This document shows, piece by piece, positions 47,725 through 57,685 of a stretch of DNA of 64,000 bases (positions are counted from its first letter, which is position 1; every line of letters begins with the position of its first letter). A program made the position numbers and the translations under genes. The notes below the pieces were generated by a model, which did not search any database, was not told the DNA's origin, and worked only from the letters and a program-made list of their open reading frames with translations. Source of the DNA: Candidatus Nealsonbacteria bacterium (lineage in GTDB: Bacteria > Patescibacteriota > Minisyncoccia > Minisyncoccales > JANBVM01). The DNA lies in NCBI GenBank assembly GCA_047456295.1, contig CP179887.1, positions 45,944 to 109,943 on the forward strand. Reading direction: 5' to 3'.

Positions 47725-48426
47725 ATGAACAACAAGATGAAAGATTTCTCCCTTTTTGAAAAAAAATTAAAGATTAAATTTAAAAACAAGGATCTCTTGA
47801 CTCAGGCTTTTGTCCACCGTTCTTATTTAAACGAAAATCCAGATTTTCCTTTGTTTCACAATGAAAGACTGGAGTTTTTAGGAGATGCTGTATTGGAGTT
47901 GGTTGTGACCGAAGAGCTTTACAAAGAATATCCTAAAAAATCAGAAGGAGAACTAACCAATTGGCGGGCAGCCCTGGTCAATTCAAAGATACTTTCAGAG
48001 ATTGCCGACGAATTGGGTTTGAATGATTTTTTACTGTTATCCAGGGGGGAGACAAAAGAACTTGGTAAGTCCAGGAAATATATTTTAGCCAATACCTTTG
48101 AAGCCATGATTGGAGCCATTTATCTTGACCAGGGATATGGAGTCTGTCGGGATTTAATTAAAAAACATTTAATAAAGGAATTACCTTTAATTATTGAAAA
48201 AGGTCTTTATAAAGATGCCAAATCCCTTTTTCAGGAGGAAGCACAGGAAAAGGTGGAAATTACCCCTACTTACAAAGTATTGAAAGAGTGGGGACCTGAC
48301 CATGCCAAACATTTCATTATCGGGGTTTTTCTGGAAAAAGAATTAATAGCAGAAGGTGAGGGTTCTTCAAAGCAGGAAGCAGAGGATGAGGCAGCTAAAA
48401 AAGCTTTAGAAGTTAAAAAATGGTAA
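47725..48426 (+). CDS. rnc: ribonuclease III
   Basis: ERLEFLGDAVLELVVTEELY signature and C-terminal dsRBD. Confidence 0.9.
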   Translation: MNNKMKDFSLFEKKLKIKFKNKDLLTQAFVHRSYLNENPDFPLFHNERLEFLGDAVLELVVTEELYKEYPKKSEGELTNWRAALVNSKILSEIADELGLNDFLLLSRGETKELGKSRKYILANTFEAMIGAIYLDQGYGVCRDLIKKHLIKELPLIIEKGLYKDAKSLFQEEAQEKVEITPTYKVLKEWGPDHAKHFIIGVFLEKELIAEGEGSSKQEAEDEAAKKALEVKKW

Positions 48427-48427
48427 T

Positions 48428-48931
48428 ATGCTTGTTATTCGTTTGTTTCGTGTCGGTAAAAAAAATCAGCCTTCTTTCAAGATTGTGGTAATTGACAAAA
48501 GGAAACCTCCCAGACGAGGCCGCTTTATAGAAGAGGTTGGTTTTTTAAATCCTTTAACTAAAGAAAAGGTGTTGAGAAAGGAAAGGATTGATTACTGGAT
48601 GTCGGTGGGAGCCAAACCCTCAGATACGGTTCATAATTTATTGGTTGAAGAAAAGATTATTGAAGGAAAGAAAATTGTAAAACATAAGAAAGCAAAAAAG
48701 AAAGAGAAAAAAGAGGAAGGGAAGATTCCATCTCAAGAAGAGAAACCCAAAGAACAAAAGAAGGAAGAGAAAAAAGAAATTCAAGTCCCAGAGGAAAAAG
48801 TAAAAGAAGTTTCAATCTCAAAGAAACCAGAGGAGGTTTCAGCTCCAGGAGAAAAAAAAGAGAGGCAAAAACAGACTAAAGAAGCATCTAATACAAAGAA
48901 AGAAGAAGATAAAAAGGAAAAAACAGAATAA
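48428..48931 (+). CDS. rpsP: 30S ribosomal protein S16 with K/E-rich C-terminal extension
   Basis: MLVIRLFRVGKKNQPSFKIVV N-terminus. Confidence 0.85.
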   Translation: MLVIRLFRVGKKNQPSFKIVVIDKRKPPRRGRFIEEVGFLNPLTKEKVLRKERIDYWMSVGAKPSDTVHNLLVEEKIIEGKKIVKHKKAKKKEKKEEGKIPSQEEKPKEQKKEEKKEIQVPEEKVKEVSISKKPEEVSAPGEKKERQKQTKEASNTKKEEDKKEKTE

Positions 48932-49115
48932 TTTTTGGAGAGGAGAAGAATCAGACAGTTCTTTATAAAAAAAGAGAAGGAAATCCTTGGATGATGGAAT
49001 TTGTCAGCTATAAATTAGTAGATAGATTCCACTATCCAAGGAGCTGATTAAAATTAAAATAAAAATTAAAGTATTTCCAGAACAAGAAATTTTTAAAAAA
49101 CCTGGAATAGAAGAT

Positions 49116-49355
49116 ATGGCAGAGAGAATAAAGGATGTATATATAGATTTGGACGTACATACAGCAGGGATCTTTCAAAAAGCATCACCAGAATTAAAAA
49201 GGAGGATAAAAAATGAATTTGAAAATCTTTTCCGCCATTTTGGAAAATTAGGATTTACATCTTTTTTAGTAACGGCTGAAACAGACGATTGGAGTATGGT
49301 GAATAAGATGAAAGAAGCTCTAGATAATTTACATGAAGAATTAACTTTATATTAA
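49116..49355 (+). CDS. hypothetical protein
   Basis: ORF only. Confidence 0.35.
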   Translation: MAERIKDVYIDLDVHTAGIFQKASPELKRRIKNEFENLFRHFGKLGFTSFLVTAETDDWSMVNKMKEALDNLHEELTLY

Positions 49356-49428
49356 AAAACCAAACCCTTCTCTTTTTTTTAATTTTTAGAAGTTATTAAA
49401 AGAAGGGATTTATTTTAGAATTAATCCT

Positions 49429-49457
49429 TGACATATTTTAAATAATAAATATAATAT
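49429..49457 (+). promoter_or_regulatory. consensus sigma70 promoter (TTGACA-N17-TATAAT)
   Basis: cttgacatattttaaataataaatataat sits ~105 nt upstream of the KH-protein gene. Confidence 0.55.
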
Positions 49458-49562
49458 CAGTATTGGTAGCTTTTTCAGTTTAGCCGATTCTCCGAATGAT
49501 TGGAGGAGGGTAGGCTGCAAAGGTCGGGCTACTCAAAAATCACTTAATTGTTGTAGGAATTT

Positions 49563-49880
49563 ATGGCAAAAGGAACAGCTGATAAAGATTTCCTTGAATT
49601 CATTATCAAGGCCTTGGTTGACAACCCAGATGATGTCAAAGTTGACCGTAGGGTTGATGAGATGGGAGTTTTACTTTCTTTAAAGGTAAACCCTGAAGAC
49701 ATGGGTCAGATCATTGGAAAGGCTGGATCTACTGCTCGGGCTATCAGAAACCTGGTTCGTATCGTCGGTCTTAAAAATCACGCTAGGGTGAATTTAAAGA
49801 TTGAGGAACCAGAAGGAGCCAGAGCTTCTCAGGGAAAGAAATCTAAAGTTGAAGAAGGACTAGAAGACTTAAAAATATAA
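49563..49880 (+). CDS. KH-domain RNA-binding protein (UPF0109/YlqC-like)
   Basis: IIGKAGSTARAIRNLV GxxG KH motif; located between rpsP and trmD as usual. Confidence 0.75.
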   Translation: MAKGTADKDFLEFIIKALVDNPDDVKVDRRVDEMGVLLSLKVNPEDMGQIIGKAGSTARAIRNLVRIVGLKNHARVNLKIEEPEGARASQGKKSKVEEGLEDLKI

Positions 49881-49971
49881 GTCTTTCCTAGATTTACTCT
49901 TAAAGGAAACAGTGCTATTATATTAATTAGTAGCGCTGTTTTCTTTTTAACTGATAATTTTTTCAGGATAT

Positions 49972-50655
49972 ATGTTGAGATTCGATATCATCACAATTTT
50001 TCCAGAGATATTTGACTCCTATTTAGGAGCCAGTTTAATTAACAGAGCTCAAAAAAAGAAATTAATCAAGGTTAAGCTTCATGATTTAAGGAAATGGACC
50101 CTTGACCGTCATAAAACAGTTGATGATAGACCTTATGGAGGGGGTATAGGCATGGTTTTAAAGGTTGAACCGATTTATAAGGCAGTCAGAGACATTAAAA
50201 AATTAAAAAGAGTAGACAAGAGAAAAAGGAAGATTATTTTATTCACTCCAAGAGGAAAACAGTTTGACCAAAAAACAGCTTATTTTTTAAGTAAACTCAG
50301 TCATGTTATTATGATTTGCGGTAGATACGAAGGAGTGGATGAAAGGGTAGCAAGACATATAGCTGATATGAAGTTATCAATAGGGAATTATGTTTTAATG
50401 GGGGGAGAGTTACCATCTATGGTAGTAATTGAAACCGTAGCTAGGCTTATTCCAAGAGTGTTGGGCAAACCTAAACTTTTAAAAGAAAGGATAACAAAAG
50501 AAAAAGGGTTTATTGAATATTCTCAATATACCCGACCTGAGACCTTTAGCCCCAAAAAAGGGGTAAACTGGAAGGTACCGAAGGTTTTACTCTCAGGTCA
50601 TCATAAGAAAATTAAAGAGTGGCGCAAAAAACACGAAAAAGTTATTAAAAAATAG
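49972..50655 (+). CDS. trmD: tRNA (guanine37-N1)-methyltransferase
   Basis: MLRFDIITIFPEIF...DDRPYGGG...ICGRYEGVDERV. Confidence 0.9.
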   Translation: MLRFDIITIFPEIFDSYLGASLINRAQKKKLIKVKLHDLRKWTLDRHKTVDDRPYGGGIGMVLKVEPIYKAVRDIKKLKRVDKRKRKIILFTPRGKQFDQKTAYFLSKLSHVIMICGRYEGVDERVARHIADMKLSIGNYVLMGGELPSMVVIETVARLIPRVLGKPKLLKERITKEKGFIEYSQYTRPETFSPKKGVNWKVPKVLLSGHHKKIKEWRKKHEKVIKK

Positions 50656-50720
50656 CATTTATCGCTATTGATAAATTAAGAAAGACAAGGTAAACTGTTA
50701 AAGTATTCAATATTACTCTT

Positions 50721-50804
50721 GGGTGGTTGGCGGAGCAGACAAACGCATCAGACTGTAAATCTGACGGCCACTGGCCTACGGGGGTGCAAATCCCTCACCA
50801 CCCA
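50721..50804 (+). tRNA. tRNA-Tyr (GTA)
   Basis: GGGTGGT/ACCACCC acceptor; anticodon loop CTGTAAA; long variable arm. Confidence 0.75.
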
Positions 50805-50892
50805 TAAATAACTTTTACAAAACACTGTTACCAAAGAAAAAATTAGAAAAATTGTATAAGAGTGGTTTGTCAATGCAAGAAATTTCTAATAA

Positions 50893-50965
50893 GCCGAGAT
50901 AGCTCAGATGGTAGAGCATTTCCGTGGTAAGGAAAAGGTCACGAGTTCGATCCTCGTTCTCGGCT
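50893..50965 (+). tRNA. tRNA-Thr (GGT)
   Basis: GCCGAGA acceptor; D-arm GCTC-AGATGGT-GAGC; anticodon loop GTGGTAA; T-arm ACGAG-TTCGATC-CTCGT. Confidence 0.8.
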
Positions 50966-50982
50966 TAAAGTATTAAAAATAT

Positions 50983-51147
50983 ATGGCAAAAAGAAGAAAA
51001 CCTTTTGTAAAAATGATGTGTACTGATTGTAAAAGAATTAATTATTACACTCACAAATCAAAGAAGATGGTGGGGGAGAAGTTAGAATTGAAGAAATTCT
51101 GTAAGTGGTGCAAGAAACACACTTTACATAAAGAAACAAAGAAGTAA
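50983..51147 (+). CDS. rpmG: 50S ribosomal protein L33
   Basis: MAKRRKPFVKMMCTDCKRINYYTHKSKK...CKWCKKHTLHKETKK; 54 aa, below the ORF-track length cutoff. Confidence 0.85.
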   Translation: MAKRRKPFVKMMCTDCKRINYYTHKSKKMVGEKLELKKFCKWCKKHTLHKETKK

Positions 51148-51227
51148 GATAAGAATATATGGGGGCGTTGGTTAATAGACGAACTGCTTCTGATTTTTGC
51201 AAAGGCATTACAAAAAATATTTGTATT

Positions 51228-51301
51228 GGGGGTGTAGTGAAGTGGTATCATTGGAATCTCCAAAATTCCAGTCGGGGGTTCGATTCCCTCCGCCCCTGCC
51301 A
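51228..51301 (+). tRNA. tRNA-Trp (CCA), 3' CCA encoded
   Basis: anticodon stem GGAAT/ATTCC with loop CTCCAAA; T-arm GGGGG-TTCGATT-CCCTC. Confidence 0.75.
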
Positions 51302-51307
51302 AAGATT

Positions 51308-51634
51308 ATGAAAAAAATAAAGATAAATAAATCAAAGCTTCTTTTAGGAATTCCCTTGGCCTTAATATCTTTAAGAATTTATTTGGGAGTTTTGTTTGGT
51401 TATTTTTTCGCAAGGTTTCTATCAACAAGGATTAATTCCATTATTCTTAGTATCGGCAGCCATAAACTCCACTTTCATCATTGGATAATGGGTTTTATTG
51501 CCTTGATTTTTATTCTTTGGTACAGTTTTTCTCCATTGATAGATCAGCTTGTCTTTGGATTCTTAGGAGGTTTAATCTTTGAAGGAATCTCTTCTTATCC
51601 GGATTGGTATAAAGTTATAATCAGAAAAGAATAA
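51308..51634 (+). CDS. small membrane protein
   Basis: start trimmed to first ATG after tRNA-Trp; 3 TM helices. Confidence 0.45.
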   Translation: MKKIKINKSKLLLGIPLALISLRIYLGVLFGYFFARFLSTRINSIILSIGSHKLHFHHWIMGFIALIFILWYSFSPLIDQLVFGFLGGLIFEGISSYPDWYKVIIRKE

Positions 51635-51690
51635 AGGCTCCTCAATATCAAACGTGTATGTAAAATACACGTTTTTTTATTTTAATAAAT

Positions 51691-53313
51691 ATGATATTAT
51701 TATCATATATGAAAAAGGTTATAGTAATTGTAGTTATTGTTTCTATTGTTTCTATTTTTGTCTATCAGAATTATTTCAAAAAAACAGAGTTAGATTTTAC
51801 TTTGGTAAAGGTGGTAAAGGGAGAGGTGGTACAGGAAATATCTGAAACAGGTCAGGTTAAAAAAGGAGAAGAAGTAAATCTTGGCTTTAAATTGGCAGGC
51901 GTACTTGAAAACATTTATGTTGAGGTTGCCGAAGAGGTTAAAGAAGGAGAGATATTGGCAAAATTAGAAAACAGTCAATTAAGGATTAAATTAGAAGAAG
52001 CTGAAGCCAATCTGGATTTAGCCCAGGCTCAATTTAATAAATTGTTAGCTGGAGCAACCCAGGAGGAAATTCAAATTACCCAGACTGCTGTGGATAATGC
52101 AAGGATTTCTTTTGAATCTGCAAAACAAAACCTCCAAGACATTAAAGTCCAGGGAGAAGAAAATCTAAAAGCAGCTTATGACGATGCTTTAAATGCTCTG
52201 GATGATTCTCATTTAAAAATCACTAATGCTCTTAACAATGTAGATTTGATACAGACAACATATTTCACAAGTAATGATCAGGAAAAGATCATTGTTAGAG
52301 AAAATAAAGACAAGATAGAAAATGCTTTAAATAAGGTAAAGTCTTATTTAGATACTGCCAAGAACACTCAAGGATATGAGGATATTGATCTTGCTATTTC
52401 TGAAATGAAAGAAGCCTTGGATAGTGTTTTTAATGCCTTAAAGATTATCAGAGATACCTGTGAAGAAACAGGTTATAAAAACCTGGTTTCCTCGACCGAC
52501 AAGACATCTTTAGATAATCACCAGGGATACATTAATACTGCCTTAACAAACATTACCAACTCCCAGCAAACCATTTCTTCAACCAAATTAACAAACAGCA
52601 GCAATATCAACACCTATCAGGCCAGCATTGATTCAGCCCAGGGCAAGCTAACAGCAGCAGAGAATGAATTAACCAAGATTACAGCTGATCCCAGAAAGGA
52701 AGATGTTGATTTATACCAGGCTCAGGTAAGACAGGCCAGGGCCCAGTTTCAGCTTTTGGGAAAACAGATTGAAGACACCATACTCAAGAGTCCTGTTGAA
52801 GGCCAGGTGGTTAAGATAAATAAGAGAGTAGGGGAACTGGTTCAGGCAGCCATTCAGGATCCAGTCATTATTCTTCTTCCTGCCAGTCCTTTTAAAATAG
52901 AGGTAGATATTTATGAGGAAGATGTAGCTAGAATGGATATTGGCAATCCGGTAGATATTACTTTGGTTGCTTTTCCTGATGAAACTTTAACAGGAAAAGT
53001 GATTTCAATTGATCCTGTTGAAAAAATGATAGAAGGAGTAGTCTATTATGAGGTTTCTATTTCTTTTGATAATGTACCTAAAGACGTTAAACCTGGGATG
53101 ACAGCTGATTTGGTTATTACAACAGAGAAAAAGGAAAACGTACTCACTGTTGCAAAAAAAGCTATTAAGACCAAGAATGGAAAAACAATAGTTCAGGTTT
53201 TAGAAAATAACATTATTACAGAGCGTGAAATAAAAATTGGTCTTAAAGGCACCAATGATCTCATAGAAGTTATTTCTGGGCTCAAAGAAGGTGAACAAGT
53301 TATTTTACCTTAA
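51691..53313 (+). CDS. HlyD-family periplasmic adaptor (MacA-like membrane fusion protein)
   Basis: N-terminal TM, long coiled coil, C-terminal beta-barrel segments. Confidence 0.7.
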   Translation: MILLSYMKKVIVIVVIVSIVSIFVYQNYFKKTELDFTLVKVVKGEVVQEISETGQVKKGEEVNLGFKLAGVLENIYVEVAEEVKEGEILAKLENSQLRIKLEEAEANLDLAQAQFNKLLAGATQEEIQITQTAVDNARISFESAKQNLQDIKVQGEENLKAAYDDALNALDDSHLKITNALNNVDLIQTTYFTSNDQEKIIVRENKDKIENALNKVKSYLDTAKNTQGYEDIDLAISEMKEALDSVFNALKIIRDTCEETGYKNLVSSTDKTSLDNHQGYINTALTNITNSQQTISSTKLTNSSNINTYQASIDSAQGKLTAAENELTKITADPRKEDVDLYQAQVRQARAQFQLLGKQIEDTILKSPVEGQVVKINKRVGELVQAAIQDPVIILLPASPFKIEVDIYEEDVARMDIGNPVDITLVAFPDETLTGKVISIDPVEKMIEGVVYYEVSISFDNVPKDVKPGMTADLVITTEKKENVLTVAKKAIKTKNGKTIVQVLENNIITEREIKIGLKGTNDLIEVISGLKEGEQVILP

Positions 53314-54027
53314 ATGTCAAACCCAATAGTTAAATTAGAAAATGTTTGGAAAGTTTATCAGTTAGGCAAGGTTGAATTAACAGCTTTAAAAGGAGTAAGC
53401 CTCGATGTGAGTCGAGGTGCTTTTGTAAGTATTATGGGTACTTCAGGTTCTGGTAAATCAACTCTTTTAAACATGATAGGATGTTTAGATACTCCAACTA
53501 AAGGTAAAGTTTTTTTAAAGGGAAAAGATGTTTCAAAACTAACAGAAGATCAATTGTCTCAATTAAGGGGGAAAATCATTGGCTTTGTATTTCAGGAATT
53601 TAATTTAATGCCTCATTTAACAGCTCTTGAGAATGTAATGCTGCCCATGGTTTTTCAAGGTATATCACTAAAACAAAGAAAAGAAAAAGCAAAAGCACTT
53701 TTAGTGTCTGTAGGTTTAGAAAAAAGAATTTCCCATCAGCCAGCTGAACTTTCAGGTGGTGAAAGACAGAGAGTAGCTATAGCCAGAGCTTTTGCTAATG
53801 ATCCAGAACTTGTTATTGCTGATGAGCCAACAGGTAATTTAGATTCAATTACTGGTAAAAAGATAATGGATCTTTTAAAGAAATTCCATCAAAAACAAGA
53901 AAAAACCATTATTGTTGTGACCCATGATCCTAATATTGCTGGTTACAGTAAGAATATTTTTAATATTAAAGATGGTGAAATTATTGTTAATCATCAAAAA
54001 GCATCTAAAGTATTATGGGAGAAATAA
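53314..54027 (+). CDS. ABC transporter ATP-binding protein (MacB/LolD type)
   Basis: [12 protein letters not shown] Walker [16 protein letters not shown] signature, Walker [11 protein letters not shown]. Confidence 0.9.
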   Translation: MSNPIVKLENVWKVYQLGKVELTALKGVSLDVSRGAFVSIMGTSGSGKSTLLNMIGCLDTPTKGKVFLKGKDVSKLTEDQLSQLRGKIIGFVFQEFNLMPHLTALENVMLPMVFQGISLKQRKEKAKALLVSVGLEKRISHQPAELSGGERQRVAIARAFANDPELVIADEPTGNLDSITGKKIMDLLKKFHQKQEKTIIVVTHDPNIAGYSKNIFNIKDGEIIVNHQKASKVLWEK

Positions 54028-55238
54028 AAGAATATATTTATATTGGTATTAGAAATCTTAAGACCAGATCTTTAAGAAGTTGGTTAACTATTTTTGGTAT
54101 TGTTATCGGAGTTTTTTTAATCATTAGTTTGCTTTCTTTGTCTGAAGGCATTAAAAATAGTATTACTCAACAATTAAGATCTTTGGGAGGAGAAATGGTT
54201 TTTGTTATACCTGGTGATGTTTCCAATCCTTTTATGGCTATGATGGGAAGTGAAAAATTAGAAAAAGAAGATATAGATATTATTAAAAAAACAAAAGGAG
54301 TAGATCGAGTGCTTACTACCTCATACACAAGCACTATTATGAGGCATGAAGATGAAAGCAAGCAAATTCTTTTAATGGGTGTTGCCTGGGAAGATAGAGA
54401 TGTTTTAGAAAACTATCAGGGTTGGAATTTAGCTGAAGGACAATGGCCTGTTGCTGGCAAAAGAGAAGTTGTAATTGGTCAACAAGTAGCTCATGAAATA
54501 TTTGAAAGAGAGATTGAAGTTGATTCAGAGGCAGTAATTAAAGGCAGAACTTTCAAAATAGTTGGTGTTTTAAATTCTTTAGGAAGCAGAATGGATGATA
54601 GCGGTGTTTATATAGACATACCAATTTATCAGGGTTTAACTGGAGAAAAAAGAGGAAGTGCTCAAATGGCAATGGTTAAAATTGAAGAAGGTGCTCCTCT
54701 AGATGAAACAGCTGATAATATTAGGGAGAATTTACAAAAAACAAGAAAAAGAAGAGCTGGAACTGATGAAGCTGACTTTAGCGTTATTACTTCAGATACC
54801 ATCGGTGATATTGCAGGTAACATATTAGCTGTTATTCAATTAGCCATCATGGCTTTCGCTAGTATTGCTATTATTGTTGGAGGTATTGGAATAATGAATA
54901 CAATGTTTACTTCAGTTAGAGAAAGAACTAAAGAAATAGGGGTTATGAAAGCTGTAGGCGCTAAAAATTCAGCAGTATTATCTATTTTCCTAACTGAAGC
55001 TGCAGTTATTGGTTTGATTGGTGGAATAGGAGGAACATTTTTAGGTGCTATTTTTGCAAAGTTTATTGAGCTTTATGGGCAGCTTCACCCCATGTTTTAT
55101 TTTAAAGCCTCTGTAAGTCCTGAATTAGTTATTTTTGGCTTGTTTTTTTCTTTTTTAGTTGGTTGTTTGTCAGGATTTTTTCCAGCTAGAAAAGCAGCTA
55201 GCTTGAAACCAGTTGAGGCCCTGAGAAGACTTGAATAA
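54015..55238 (+). CDS. ABC transporter permease, FtsX/MacB-like
   Basis: N-terminal TM, large periplasmic domain, C-terminal 3-TM FtsX fold. Confidence 0.8.
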   Translation: MGEIKEYIYIGIRNLKTRSLRSWLTIFGIVIGVFLIISLLSLSEGIKNSITQQLRSLGGEMVFVIPGDVSNPFMAMMGSEKLEKEDIDIIKKTKGVDRVLTTSYTSTIMRHEDESKQILLMGVAWEDRDVLENYQGWNLAEGQWPVAGKREVVIGQQVAHEIFEREIEVDSEAVIKGRTFKIVGVLNSLGSRMDDSGVYIDIPIYQGLTGEKRGSAQMAMVKIEEGAPLDETADNIRENLQKTRKRRAGTDEADFSVITSDTIGDIAGNILAVIQLAIMAFASIAIIVGGIGIMNTMFTSVRERTKEIGVMKAVGAKNSAVLSIFLTEAAVIGLIGGIGGTFLGAIFAKFIELYGQLHPMFYFKASVSPELVIFGLFFSFLVGCLSGFFPARKAASLKPVEALRRLE

Positions 55239-55291
55239 AGTGTTTAATGTATTATAAAATAAAAAAAGGATTAATTTAAATCTTTAAAATT

Positions 55292-55594
55292 ATGACTTAT
55301 TTAATATTAGGTGCAGGTTTTTTAGGAGGAGTAGTGAGGGGATTAATGGGATTCGTAAAACACCAGTTTTCATATAAAAACGTGCCTTTTAAATTAGGGT
55401 ATTTTTTAACAATGGTTTTTCTGTCTGGCGTGATCGGGTTTTTATCAGTTTGTGCAGTTAAAAATACTGGTTTTACCTTAGAGGGAGTGTTTAGTCCAGC
55501 TTTAAGTTTTATTGTAGGTTATGCAGGAGGTGATTTTATAGAGAATATTTATAAAATCATTATTAAAAAATCATCATTGTATTCTGAAAAATAA
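55292..55594 (+). CDS. small membrane protein
   Basis: 3 predicted TM helices. Confidence 0.4.
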   Translation: MTYLILGAGFLGGVVRGLMGFVKHQFSYKNVPFKLGYFLTMVFLSGVIGFLSVCAVKNTGFTLEGVFSPALSFIVGYAGGDFIENIYKIIIKKSSLYSEK

Positions 55595-55610
55595 TTGCTT
55601 TTTAGCTTTA

Positions 55611-56048
55611 TTATTTTTCCTCTGTCCACTTTTTTGCCTTTTCCACAGTAGGAAATAATTCTACTTCTATTGATGGTTTGTTTAACTTTAAGAAAAACGA
55701 ACCAATTATTCTTGCCATTGGATTTTTATAAACTAACGCAACTTTTTTTCTAACATGTTTCGCAATCTCTGGACTTTCATTAACAAATCTTCTTGCTTCC
55801 AGACTTACTTTTTCTATCTCTGAAATATCTACAATTATTCCTCGTCTTTGGAGATTCTTCGTTATTTTAATTCCTGCTTCAGTTATTCGTTCTACTTCTT
55901 CTTTGTCTATTTTCCCCCACATTCTTATCATCATTATATTGTCTTCAATCCAAGTTTCGCTACTCCTTGTTTTAATTGATTCTTTTTTCATATTTTTATA
56001 AATCCGTTTGACTGTTTTCATTTCGACATCTTTAATAACGACAAACAA
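55611..56048 (-). CDS. hypothetical protein (possibly STAS-like)
   Basis: ORF only; weak alpha/beta pattern. Confidence 0.35.
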   Translation of the reverse strand: MFVVIKDVEMKTVKRIYKNMKKESIKTRSSETWIEDNIMMIRMWGKIDKEEVERITEAGIKITKNLQRRGIIVDISEIEKVSLEARRFVNESPEIAKHVRKKVALVYKNPMARIIGSFFLKLNKPSIEVELFPTVEKAKKWTEEK

Positions 56049-56118
56049 TTAATTTTAAAAAATCTTCCTTTTAAAGAAAGGAAAAGTTCGAGTCCTACTA
56101 CCGGAGCAAATTAAGTTC

Positions 56119-56160
56119 AAAAATCGCCAATCAGGCGGTTTTTTGATAAAATGAACTATA
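56119..56160 (+). promoter_or_regulatory. repeat module D
   Basis: aatcgcc-aatca-ggcggtt hairpin, ttttTGATAAAAT, gaactataATG. Confidence 0.5.
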
Positions 56161-56577
56161 ATGACAAGAAGAATTGCTATTTTTGCCCCTTCTGGAGTTG
56201 GTAAATCAACACTAATTAAGATTGCCTTAAAACAAGGGATAAAGGCTTATGATTTTGAAGATTTCTCTTCTCAAGAAAGAATAAAAAAAGCTCAAGAAAT
56301 TCTCAAGAAGGATTTTAATGACATTGTATTGTTTAATGCGGGAGATTTACAAACTAAAGATTTCCCGTTTGATGTTGAACTGGTATTGCTTTTACCTCCT
56401 AAAGATATTTATTTGAAGCGTTTAAAAAAGCGCGACAAATTAAATCCAGAGAAAAAAGGCCAACAAGGGAATATGAAGTATGAGATATTTTTTTAAAAAA
56501 AGAACATTTTTCATAGAATTATTAAAGATACAGGAACAGCGGATGAAATTTTAGATAAGATATTAAAAAGTTTATGA
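56161..56577 (+). pseudogene. P-loop kinase paralog interrupted by in-frame TAA at codon 112
   Basis: collinear with 57269..57685 over 138 codons; TAA at 56494..56496 aligns with the Ser of TST in the paralog; downstream in-frame RIIKDTGTADEILDKILKSL matches the paralog C-terminus. Confidence 0.7.
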
Positions 56578-57044
56578 ACATAAAAGTTTTTATTGAGAAT
56601 AAAGCAGGGTCTAATCAAAAAAATATCTATGATGAAAAAACCTTGCAATATAAGAAAACTGTAATAATCTCAAGGAAATATCCATATCCCTATGGTTTCG
56701 TTTTGAATACCACAAGTGGGGATGGTGATAATGTAGATTGTTTTGTGTTAACAAACAAAAAACTTAAAACTGGTGAAATCGTTGAGTGTAAACCTATTGC
56801 CATGATGGAGCAAATAGAGTCTTATTCTGCAGAGCCAGGAATAGAGGAAGAAGACCACAATGTCTTAGCTGTTTTAGAGGGTGAAAGTTTTGAAATAGAC
56901 GATATATTAAAGAATAAACTGTCTGAATTTGTTTCACATGCCTTTGACCATTTACCAGATAAAAAAGTTAAAGTAGGAAATTTCTTAGATGAAAAAAAGA
57001 CTATAGAGTATATAGAAAAATGTAGAGATGCTATTAATCTTTAA
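56574..57044 (+). CDS. family I inorganic pyrophosphatase-like protein
   Basis: KYPYPYGFVLNTTSGDGDNVDCFVL resembles the PPase DGDPLDVLV core. Confidence 0.65.
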   Translation: MNIKVFIENKAGSNQKNIYDEKTLQYKKTVIISRKYPYPYGFVLNTTSGDGDNVDCFVLTNKKLKTGEIVECKPIAMMEQIESYSAEPGIEEEDHNVLAVLEGESFEIDDILKNKLSEFVSHAFDHLPDKKVKVGNFLDEKKTIEYIEKCRDAINL

Positions 57045-57232
57045 ATTCAGGTTCGAACATTATCCTATTAAATTAGGTTAATCCTTGAAATAGTCTTTAA
57101 ATCTCTAAGCTTTTTCTCAATTTCTATCCAATCAATAGTTCTAAATTGGTAAATTTTCCCAAAACCAAGTTCTAATATTGTACCACCCCCGGAGCAGGCT
57201 AGTGCTCGGTTCAAGTGACCGAGACGCATCAA

Positions 57233-57268
57233 ATCGCCTTATAGGCGGTTTTTTGGTAAAATCGAAAT
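57233..57268 (+). promoter_or_regulatory. repeat module E
   Basis: aatcgcc-ttata-ggcggtt hairpin, tttttTGGTAAAAT, cgaaatATG. Confidence 0.5.
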
Positions 57269-57685
57269 ATGAAAAGAAGAATTGCCATCTTTGGTCCTCC
57301 TGGTGTTGGTAAGTCAACCCTAATTAAGCTCGCTATAAAAAGAGGAATAAAGGCCTTTGATTTCGAAGATTTTCCTGAGGAAGAAACATTAAGGCGAGTC
57401 AAAGAAATCTTCAAAAAAGTTCCTGATGACATTGTATTGTATGGTGCGGCTGGCTTACAGACTTATGATTTCCCACAGGATGTAGAACTGGTGTTGGTTC
57501 TGCCACCTAAAGATATTTATTTAGAGCGTATAAAGGAGCGGGATACAGTAAATCCAGCTAAAGTAGGCCAGAACCATTTGGAATGGTATGATGGCTATAC
57601 AAGTACTAAGAATCGTTATCATAAAGTTATTAGTGAGACAGGAAGTCCCAATGAAGTTTTAGATAAAATATTAGAAGATTTATGA
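57269..57685 (+). CDS. small P-loop kinase-like protein
   Basis: IAIFGPPGVGKSTLIKL Walker A; 138 aa. Confidence 0.65.
   Translation: MKRRIAIFGPPGVGKSTLIKLAIKRGIKAFDFEDFPEEETLRRVKEIFKKVPDDIVLYGAAGLQTYDFPQDVELVLVLPPKDIYLERIKERDTVNPAKVGQNHLEWYDGYTSTKNRYHKVISETGSPNEVLDKILEDL

Noticed and set aside
51051-51302. 83-aa minus-strand ORF
   Set aside because: It overlaps rpmG (L33) and tRNA-Trp on the opposite strand, so it is spurious.
56460-56577. Apparent frameshift at the 3' end of the first kinase paralog
   Set aside because: Frame arithmetic shows the downstream conserved segment is in the same frame. The interruption is a single in-frame TAA at 56494, not an indel.
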